A stretch of DNA of 58,491 nucleotides, counting the filler, from Sphacelaria rigidula (taxonomy: Eukaryota): the NCBI GenBank assembly GCA_964200075.2. It is 5 parts of 5 records of this genome, joined end to end, with 100 filler letters (N's around TTAATTAATTAA, not from the genome) between each part and the next. Parts side by side here need not be neighbours in the genome. Positions count along the whole stretch, not along the records: positions 46,876 to 58,491 come from CAXNAA020004699.1; 4 more parts are not named here. The stretch is one strand, 5' to 3'. The translations under genes were made by a program, and so were the position numbers. Of the stretch, positions 48,785-58,491 are shown in pieces (the stretch's first letter is position 1; each line of letters begins with the position of its first letter). Under the pieces are notes generated by a model. It saw only the letters and a program-made list of their open reading frames with translations. It ran no database searches and had not been told where the DNA came from.

Positions 48785-51000
48785 ATGCCTGCTACCAACA
48801 GCCACTACGATAACCACGGTAGCAGCACCAACGCCGCCTCTGCAAACAATCCGCAGGGCAGCGACCCCCACCGCTCATCAGCAGGTCGAGCAGGTGATGT
48901 AGGGGCTGTTGCGCCCCGTCACCCCCATCACCTACGCAGCAGCGTGCCCCCCGACATCCAGGGGAGCGGCAGTGGCGGTGGTACTGCCGGGGATCTCAAC
49001 CCCCGGGCGCCCCCCTCCCCAGCACTGTGCACCACAGAAGCCACGAGGATCTCGTCCGTCGCTCCTCACCGACGCACCACAGGCAAGACAACGGGGATAC
49101 CAGACTCTCGACTTCCCGCTCTCCGAGCCGCCACCGCTCTCGCTCCCGTTCACGGGCAGAGCGCCGTTCTCGCTCTCACCCCCGCCGCCACCGCTCCCGC
49201 TCCCGCTCCCGCTCCCGCTCTCGCCGCCGTCGATACCGCCGAAACTCTCGCTGGCCCTCCCGCAGCAGGCGTCAACACTATGCCATTATGTGGGGATCCC
49301 GGGAACGTCGCCACCACCGGGAGGAGCATAGGGCGCACCAGCAGCAGGCGGATGCCGGTTGGCTAAGGCGCTGGGATTGTGATGCACCAGGAGCAGCAGC
49401 TCGAGCTGCGGTCCAAGGTCTGGAATCTAACCAGCTGGCGAAGGTGAGCGAGCGGGTACTTAGGCGTATTACGCGTAGTCGACCATGCCCAGTGTACGCA
49501 GGACCAAGTGCGGGGGAACTATCGGTTGTCGACAGCGCTGTTGTGCTGCAATACCAGATATGGTCGACGCTGCGTGCAATGGACCAGGGAGATTTGAAAA
49601 TGCCGGAAGATGAATACGTCAACGGTAAGTGGGTAACACAGACAGATCAGTACTCCGCCCGCCAACGCGACCTCCTGATCGAGTTGCTGGCAGAAACCAG
49701 CGGTATGTTTATGTCTCTAACCGCAGTGGATTCAGTAGACGTTTATCGTATCACGGGCGAAACCGACACCGTCCCACATAAATCCGTTACTATGACCGAC
49801 TGGCTACGGATCCTCGTCCGTGAAGAAGTGATGACGAACGGGGCTACTAAATTATGCACGCTGCACTAGACGCCATCACCTTAGGTCCCAACGAGTCGTG
49901 GAGTACGGAGGCGCAACGGGTGTTGCTAGCATTTCCCGCGAGTTTAGCTAACCCAGACCGACCATACAGTACCGAAGCTACGTATTTCTGGCGATTTATC
50001 ACCGCCCGGCAGCTAAGCGAGCTTTACGACCGTATTATCCGAGTCATTCTGCCTAACCCGGTTGATAGGCTAGGTCTACAGTCCATCCTCCACGAAAAGA
50101 CACACGCAATCTGGGCCAGGCTGCAGCCTCTGAAGAGCGAGTGGCACAATCCTATAGGGATAGCAATGCAAAGAAGGGGGGGTGTAGCCAAGAGTCTTTA
50201 CGAGGATTTCATACGTATCGTGTGCACCCGCAACGTGGTATATAGCGACGACAGTCACGCCCGCCCCCAACCGCGTACTAGCAACCGCGGCGCGGGACCT
50301 GACAGATTATTTTTACTTGAGGAATTAAGGAACCGTGCTACAGTCGCCCCCGGAGTTCGCCGCGATGCTCCAGCAAACTAATCCGGGGTCACCTCTCTTC
50401 CCCGAAGTGCCGCCCGCCGTGCCAGCCCCTCCTGCGTCCTCTAATCCTCAGGTGTTAGCCGGCCACCACTCGGCAGCACCTTCCGTCGCGGCGTTCAACA
50501 ACCACCTGGCGGTCTCACCGGGCTCATACGGCGTGCCCTTCATGCAGCAAAGTTCGACACCCATCAACCCCAGTCCTCGCGCCACGACTCCGGGTCATGC
50601 CGTCGCACCCCGCGCGGCAGATTTGCAGCACAAACCCCCGGCACCGCCGTTCGGGCCCGCTTCGCTGCCACCGACACCCGCCACATCCGCCCAGCCAGTC
50701 GGTCCGGCCTCGACTACCGACCTATCCGTACCGCCGATTTCGGCAGGACGGGGCGCAGTGATTACCTTCTTACGTGATCGTGAAATCTGCTTCGGTTACG
50801 CATTCACCGGCTCGTACCGTCACCGGGGCAACACCCCCTGTCCCTGGGCGCACGGTATCACCCCCGCCGCACACTACAGCGGCCTGCCGACCCGCCGCAA
50901 GACGGCCATTCCCCAACGCCGGCTAGCCGTGCTTACGGAGGCACAATACTTGGCGGCAATCGACCTGGGTTTCATCGGCGAAGGCGACGACGACGGTGGC
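48785..51000 (+). pseudogene. Gypsy gag-like ORF (frameshifted): RS-rich N-terminal region, Pro-rich linker, CCCH-type finger
   Basis: Joined from ORFs 48731, 49027, 49854 and 50335; (RS)n tract at 49110-49270; C-x8-Y-x7-C-x3-H at 50788-50853. The gag call rests on position upstream of PR. Confidence 0.65.
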
Positions 51001-52418
51001 GATGATATGCTGAGCGCATCCGTAAGCGAGGGCGCCGCTGACGACACTCGAGCCGACGTGTGGAGACGCGCCCCAGGTGCAATTGAACTGGGGAACCTTC
51101 GCCGACACAGCGTCACCACAATATCCCAGCGTCGAGGAAGCCAACTTTGGGTGACGGGCGAGATCTGGCACCGACGGCGTCTCCGTCGACCGTGGCCGAT
51201 AGAAATCTTGTTGGACACGGGAGCGGGAGGTGGCAACTATATGTCAGGAGCGTAATGGCGCAGCTTACACAAGGCCAACATCCTGGACGATACGCTAAAC
51301 CCTGAGGCGGTAGATGTTCTCTGTGCAGCTAACCCATCCTAGAGTAAGGTTCCCCCAATGCGCATAATCGGTTCCGTAACTGTGCCCTTGCTTTTGACCT
51401 TCGACTCACGGGTCCGTAATGTACCAGTGCGAATAGTGGAGTTCCTGCCGTACGGTTTCATTTTAGGTGCAGATTATTTTCGGTACAATAACAGTATAGA
51501 TTTGGCCCCAGGAAAAGGGTTCCGCCCCGCGCCAGCGGCACCGTGTATCCCGTTCCTGACGAGCGAAAAGCCTACCTACCACATTCAAGGTATATTAGTA
51601 GCTCTGTACACCGCGACCGAAACCACCGCCTCCCTAGCTGCGCCCGCTTGTCCGTCCATCCACAACGACTCCAGCTACCGTGACATAGCTTGGGAAGACG
51701 ACAGCACCCTAGAGTGGAAGCTGCGCTTGGTCGCACAAACGATCACGCTCAGCGGCTTCGTCAGCGCCGCGGTAGAAACAGCCGTGATCGATCCTCAACC
51801 TCAGGATAGGCAGCTTGTGCTTGTACTCCCACAAGCAAAGTTCGACCTGGACAAGGGGGCAGAGGTGGGGATCGCGAAGGGAGTATCGTGGTGGCAGCCA
51901 GGCTCGCCGGTGTGCTGCAAACTTGTAAATAGAAGTAAGGAGAAGGTAGCGGTGGAGCCTACTGACACGGTCACGCGTATGATAGCACTGAACGTACGCG
52001 ATCCCGCCAGGTTTCACTCACTATTTGACCCCCATCCGTCTACGACAGACCCCCCGTGGATCCCCCACCCCGCGCCCCACGTTCAGACAGTAGTTGCTCG
52101 GCCCAACCAAATCCTAAGGTCAACGTGAAGGACGCCAACATGGGCCAGCTTGGAGCGGCGGAAAAGAGAGAGCTGGTAGACACGCTGCTGAGCTTTATCG
52201 AAGCTGGGTTGTTTCCCACAAACCCCAAGCGGGTTCCCGCTTGTATCAGCGATGAGCTCGAACTCCCCCTAACTAACGAGTCATGTTCGCCATTTACAGC
52301 TAAGCAAAGTTGATTTTCTCCGGAGGAACGTCACATGATCCGCGAAGAGATACACAAGCTTCTTGATCGCGGGATCATTTGACCCTCAACCTCCCCGCGG
52401 GCAGCCCAATGCCTATGC

Positions 52419-54167
52419 GTGAAGAAAAAAGACGGCACCTTACGCTTGTGCATTGATTGGCGTGAACTGAACAATCTCTTCGTGTCGGACAGCGGGGGTC
52501 TCGGGGATATGCAATCCATTTTCGACGGCCTCAAAGGTAAGCGTTACTTCACCCAACTCGATCTGGCCTCCGGTTTCCACCAAATCAAGATCGTCGAGAA
52601 AGATCGCTTCAAAACGGCGTTCCGAGATGCAGATGGCCTCTTATACGAGTTTACACGAGCAGGCTTTGGTCTAACAGTCCTACACACCCCGTTCACTCGT
52701 CGGGGAAAAGGTACGATAGGACAGTTGGATGGAGTGTTCACTTGGCTTGACGATATTCTTGTCGCGACCACATCCTGGGACGAGCATGTAGCCCTACTCG
52801 TTATCGTGTTCCAACGCTTGTTGGTCGCGGGATTCTCGGTGAACTTCGCCAAGTGCATTTTTGCATCGGCGTCGCAAGAGTTTCTGGGCATGCTGGTAGA
52901 TAGCAGCGGTCTTCAACCCGCGCCATCCAAGCTCGCCGCCATCGCCGAGATGCCCAGACCATTCACCGTAGAGGAATTACGTACTTTCCTCGGCCTCACA
53001 GGGTACCTGCGCCAGTTTACTGAGAAATACAGCCTAGTGGCCGCCCCACTAACCGATCTGCTCCGCAACAAAGATTTCGCATCCAAGCGTGCACGAAAGC
53101 TGTCCATACCATGGAATACCGAGCAGGAAGAGGCGTTCCAAGCCCTCAAAGCGGCCTTGTCCTCGCCGAAGGTACTAGCCTTCCCCGATCCCAACAACTC
53201 GTTTATACCGCAGACGGACACGAGCGAGGTGGGGGCTGGGGCGGTGCTGCTGCAGCCGGTGGGGTGCGAAACACGTATCGTATCATTCGGCAGCCATCGA
53301 CTCTCTCGTAACGACTCGCGCAGAGCACCCACAGCACGAGAGTGCATGGCTGTCTTGTGGACTGTCCAACACTATAGACCATACTTGGCTGGAAGAAGGT
53401 TTACGTTGATCACGGACTGTTCGGCACTCATATGGTTGTTCCGTAGCCGCGATCTCTGCCCCAAGTTACACAGGTGGGCCTTGCGGCTAATGGAATATGA
53501 CATCGACCTCCAGTGGCGGGGGGGGTCCGAACATGTGCTGCCAGATGCATTGTCCCGTTTCCCACACGCGAATGAGCCACAGCCCGACATTGATGACTCC
53601 TTTTCGGACGATTTCACGTCGGACTCGTCGACAGAATTTGTAGGCCCACAGGGACCACAACTCGCGGGACAACGACTGTCGGAACTACAACCAGAAGGAG
53701 CGGGTACGTCAGTGAGTGCAGACACAGGTATGCACTCATCGTCGAATGCCAACAACCCACCGGACATCGCCGCCCTGAGTCTACTCCCTTTCTCAGAATG
53801 CGCAGTCATCAACGATAACCAACACCTGCGCCGTTCAACTCGTGTTCGCAGACCGTCAGTACGCCTGCAACCCCCCGATGCTGCGTATACAACAACTCTG
53901 CCCTTCACTCCTCAAGTAGTCGACTCGAATCCGCCCGCAGAGCCAACGCCGATTAAAGTACCGCTACAGGTGCCGACACCGATCATTCCGCCGACAACCG
54001 GTGAAAGGGTAGAAGTGGGTGAAGTGCTCCTGGCCGAGGGAGAAATGCCTACGGGGTTAACGGATCTGGACTTGACGGACACAACGGCGGTCGATCGTGC
54101 ACTACGGATACTCACCAACGTGAGCAATCTCCGGCACCACCAACAAAGAGATTCATTTCTCAAATAG
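52419..54167 (+). pseudogene. Gypsy reverse transcriptase-RNase H segment
   Basis: Longest open stretch (582 aa) with canonical RT/RH motifs, then a low-complexity linker of about 200 aa. Confidence 0.93.
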
Positions 54168-54294
54168 GTGCAGTCAGATCTTGCAGGCGGCGAAACACCA
54201 GAGGCGGTGAGTGAGAGACGGTCAGATTAAAAAGTAGACAAGTAAGGTATCCTGTGGTACCGAGCAGTCAACGATAAGGAGCTAGCTGCTAGCT

Positions 54295-55889
54295 GTGCCA
54301 AAAACGATGGTAGCTGACCTGTTGGCACTCATGCATACACTCCACGGACATGTCGGAGTAGGCGCCACCCTTGCTCTGATACACGATCGCTTCCACTGGC
54401 CTACTATAACACGTGATACCAGACAGTACGTGCTATCGTGCAGCTGTAGACGACGCAAGAAGGCAAGCAGCCGTCAAATGGTGATGAGACTGGGGCGCAC
54501 TTTACACCCATGGGCCAAGTTGGAAATCGACTTACTAACCATTGATGTGATGTCGCACTTGCGCAACAACTACATTCTGCTGGTACTTGACCCCGCCTCC
54601 CTATTCAAGTTCGAGTTTCCTCTGCCATCAAAGAAAGCGGACTAGATCGCACGCATCCTAGCAGACTTATGCCTGACTTTTGGTGTCCCACGAATGACCC
54701 GCTGCGACAGGGGCAAAGAGTTCAGGGCCGATGTCGTCACGCATCTGTGCAGGTGGTTAAAGACAGACACCGCCTTTGGGCCGTCGGACCACCCACGCGG
54801 TCAGGGAGCGGTCGAGCGACTTGGGGGATGGCTGTTGGACATGCTATCGGAACTATGTAGGCTGTGGCCCCAGAGGTGGGATAAGTGGATCAAGCGCACA
54901 TTGCCCGACACATCGCTCCCCTCTAACATGTCCTCTTTTGAGTTGCTGTTCGGCCGCAAACCACGCTAGACTCGCTCGTGCCCCTCTCACAAGAAGCAGA
55001 ACCGAGCAAGGGACTAGATGCCTTTGTTGAACAGCGCAGGCAGAATCTTCGTGAGGTAAGGATGGCGATGGACAAAAGGCAGGGGGCAAAAGTAGCGTCG
55101 CGGGAGAAGGACAATGCAGCCATCTCGAGACCATCAGCAGGCGTGTCGGTCACGGAAGGGGATCTGGTAATGGTGAGGGAGAGTGAAAACTTCACGTATC
55201 AAGATGGCAGGGGCAGTAAGCTGCAGCACGATAGGTATACGGGACCTTGGACAGTGAAAAAAGTACTGATGGTCGGACAGAGTCTCGAGGTAGTAATACA
55301 AGGACGAAAACTACGTACTCGCACAGTAGCCCCGTCTGATGTCAAATCGTACCATGTTCGGCCGCCGCACTTGAGACACTCCATTGCCGACGAGTTCGTC
55401 CAGTTTGCATGGGGATCGGACTTCAAGATATCGTCTTCGCCTAACTCCACACCCCGCCTCCTTACCCTAGTGAACCGCCGCGAGTGCAAATCGGGGAAAG
55501 GAAGTGCAGGTTGGGAGTATCAAGGAAGGACGCAGGAGGGGGCGACGTCAGATTGGCTTCCGGAGAGCAAAGTCCTGGAAAGCTTCACACGTCTGCAACT
55601 GGATGGCTTCCACGCACTGTGGTGTCTTTACCACCCGGCCAAGACACCAAGTACGCCATCTCGCCCGAGCATCCGCCAGACCCCCCTGTCACGCAGTGAC
55701 GCCCTGAACTTGATCCCCGTAGGTTTGGAAGAATTTCGGTGGGTCAAGCAGAGAGGACAAGTGTTCGACTACGGCAAGCGTTTCTGGAGAGTGCGATACG
55801 ACAACGGGGACTGGGAAGAGTTGTCACAGAGAGAACTCCAACAGCTAGCGCAGTCGAGCGAGACAGCAACATCGCCAGTCACGAGCTAG
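54295..55889 (+). pseudogene. Gypsy integrase with GPY/F region, chromo-like and Tudor-like C-terminal domains
   Basis: HHCC finger, DDE core broken by stops; LVNRR..GWEYQGRTQEGATSDWLPESKVL (chromo-like) and GQVFDYGKRFWRVRYDNGDWEELSQRELQQL (Tudor-like). Confidence 0.85.
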
Positions 55890-56666
55890 GAAGCGGCGCA
55901 ATTGGAAAAAAAAAAAAGAAGAAAAAAAAATGAAGGCACTAGATGGTGGGACAAAGCGTAGAGTAGCAACCCTTCAGCACGGTACCTTGCGGGTGTGCAG
56001 TCTATATCCTGTTGTCTCCGGTTTTTCTTTCTTTTTCCTTTCATATGTATATAGTTGAGGAAGGCAAGTACGAGTTTTTCTTGAGTTTTTCTTTTTCTCT
56101 TCCTTTTTTCGTGCCTTTTTCCTTTCTTTTTTCTGACATATATATTCTGGCGAACGGAGCTCGTTGTATTAGCCGTTTTTTTACTTTCTACGTCTCCCCT
56201 GGGTTCCATAGCTGCTTTGCTTGTTTTTTATAGCCCTTTCTGGTCCTACAGCGCCTTCGCGGCTCCTCTGTTTCTTGGTTTTCTTGTCCCGACTGGATGC
56301 GGAGTTGCGGTACCCTTTTCCTCGCTGTGTACTATTGCTTTATTTATTTATTTATTTATTTTTGTTTTCCTTTTTGTTCCCTCTATGGTTAGTCCTAGTT
56401 CCGCTTCATGTTGTTTTTTTTTGTCTCCGTGAATGCGGATACGACTTTAGGGTGCCCCACTCTTTCATAGGGAAAAAAAACATGTAGAATTAGCATTGTA
56501 CAAGAAGGGTGGGCACCGAATACCTGCCTGGACACTGTATCATGACAGAACTCTTGGTATAACATATTAGAGCCCCCGGTGTCCAGTAGGTCGGCGGTTA
56601 CTGATCGACGGGAGAAAGCCTACGCACTCCCATCAGCCAGCAAACGTGTTGGGTATTTTTAGTGGG

Positions 56667-56990
56667 GAGTCATCCTACAATAGGGGGGGGGGGTATTTTG
56701 GGCCATTTCTTGCATGAAGTTCCAAGTCAAATCGGCCTCGAAAGGAGCAACGGTTGCTCGAACGAGCTTGTTCTAGATATATAACGCTCGTTCATACCGA
56801 TTGACACCGTTTTGAACCAAATACAAGCGCACCGCGAGTGTGGTAGACCGTCTGACACATTTTCGAGCCTCTTTTTTCGTGCAATCAAATACCCCCCTCC
56901 CCTCCGTCTCGAAAGGGATGCGTGGTCAATGGTCAAACGAGTAAGGCAAGCAACAAATGAGTACGCCCCCCCCCTATCGTGGGATGACTT
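56667..56990. mobile_element. MITE family B (4-bp TSD TGGG), containing an M1 copy at about 56902-56965
   Basis: TIRs GAGTCATCCTACAATAGGGGG / CCCCCTATCGTGGGATGACTT; TGGG at 56663-56666 and 56991-56994. Confidence 0.88.
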
Positions 56991-58491
56991 TGGGTCAGCT
57001 TTTTGCGAGTCTCACACTACCCAGGATCGATCTAATCGATCACGGGTGTCTAAGCGCCGTTACCACCTGAGGATAGTTTAAGACTTTTTTCAGTGGTTTC
57101 TGTTTCCAGTGTTACTGGGATCCCGGGACGACATAGCACATGCGAAAGCACTCGCTATGATCCGAAAGGGCGTGAGAGTTTTTTTCCTCAAACGATGAGG
57201 ATTTTTCCCTGAACACCAGGTTTGGCCCATCTTTTGATTCTATGACGAGTTTTTCCCGTGGTCATCGCTAGCCCTGAAATTCCGCGGTTTTCTCGTCGAT
57301 TTAAGGCTGATGGCATGTATTTGAGTGGATCTTTTTTGGTATGAAATGAGTCGTGACATTCCCTACTTTGCATTACAGCGCACACAAAGCAAGAGAGGGG
57401 ATACTGTGACGGCGGATATCAGTCGCTTATATAGAAGGCGTTCTCGATGTGCGTGATATGGGCGATAGGTCGTTCTCCAGCTGTACGTTTGTCGCGTTAT
57501 ATTCCAGTCGGGTTCTGCAGTATCACCCCAGGCTGGTCAGTCGTGTTTAGCAACCAAGCGACCCTAATAACAAAAGCTATCAGCCACACTTGGAGAAATC
57601 CTCCTTGCAAGCAAGTCAAAAGCACCTCTTCTGGACGTGAAAGTGAGTCCCTGCTTGGCCTTATGATGCAGTGCTGGTCGGACTCAAGGGTTTGTTACTC
57701 ACGAGTTCAAGGGTGATTCCTCTCGACTGCAATCATTCACTCTGGCCAGCCGCTGACCTCGGGTCACCCCTGGCCGGGTATGTTCTGTGAGAGTGACGCC
57801 AGTAGCACCTCGTGATCAGCCCACGACAGATACTGCAACAACGCCACAACACGGACGGGGATAAAGCGCATGAAGCGCGCATCATCCGCGCTCAAAAACC
57901 TCAAAGAGGGGCTCAGAAACAAAAACACGCTCACGAAAAGAAATTCGAACTCAATCTCAAGAAAATAACGCGCATACGGAACTCAAGCATTCCAATTTTC
58001 AAATTGGTTGTTGTCTCAGGCTATTCCAGATCCGGTATTGGATTTCTGTGACAGAAAAACGAGCAGAACGTTTTGAGAACTTTTCAAAAACAGACAGAAC
58101 TTTTCAAGAACCGCTCAAAATATGACCCCATTATCTGGAGTACAAGGTGGTACACTCAGAACAAGACAACTCTGCAGTGCTATATGAAGTGCAGAGTACT
58201 ACCCTGAACACCAGATAACACGGCAGTTCTGCAGTGTTTTCTAGTTTCAGAACCTGAAGACGGACTGTATACAGTATAACACCGTTACTACTGTACTCTC
58301 TGTGCTTGCAGAGTACAGCCTGTACTCGGACAGTGGAGGTGGTACCCGGACAGGGGAGGTGGACAGCACGCTATCACTTGTGGATAGATACACTGCAATA
58401 GCTGGGTATGCTTTGTTATTTTTTTCAAGGCTCCTCTCGTGAACGATTTGTCACTTCGGGAACGTTCCGTACGGGAACCAGCCACCACGGT

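Larger units (their letters stand above)
48785..55889 (+). mobile_element. Ty3/Gypsy LTR retrotransposon internal region (gag-PR-RT-RH-IN), degenerate
   Basis: Domain order PR (ILLDTGAG, Asp at 51214), RT (KKKDGTLRLCIDWRELN, LDLASGFHQI, WLDD at 52743), RNase H (TDTSEVGAGAVLLQ, RECMAV, DALSR), IN (H..HGH..C.C, DRGKEF, HPRGQGAVER, RYTGPW); many in-frame stops and frameshifts. Confidence 0.95.

Noticed and set aside
57390-57800. Additional LTR starting TGTGAC after a purine tract
   Set aside because: No matching CA end, partner copy or TSD identified.

Overview
Eukaryotic, intron-rich and repeat-dense DNA, most consistent with a large-genome brown alga (Phaeophyceae). That assignment is inferred from gene style, long introns, the LINE types and CCCTAA repeats; it is not proven. 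The window is not one locus. It is five unrelated contigs of 11620, 11619, 11619, 11617 and 11616 bp, apparently sorted by size and joined by artificial 100-nt linkers (44N-TTAATTAATTAA-44N). Three partial host genes are visible: three exons of NEMF/Rqc2 (minus strand, contig 2, with a GC-AG intron), the last three exons of a CCDC93-like gene (contig 3) and six exons of a DUF4140/DUF4139 gene (contig 4). Mobile DNA comprises a near-complete but degenerate Ty3/Gypsy element (RS-rich Gag with a CCCH-type finger; integrase ending in chromo-like plus Tudor-like domains), two degenerate LINEs, Copia-like relics, two tRNA-derived SINE families, two related MITE families with 4-bp TSDs, foldbacks and minisatellites. 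The most interesting signal is a short repeat present 8 times in two subfamilies. Its fixed end (ATGAGTAC) abuts poly(C) runs, its other end is variably truncated, and it folds into a multi-stem RNA supported by compensatory changes. It is a candidate homopolymer-targeting retroelement end or structured RNA.
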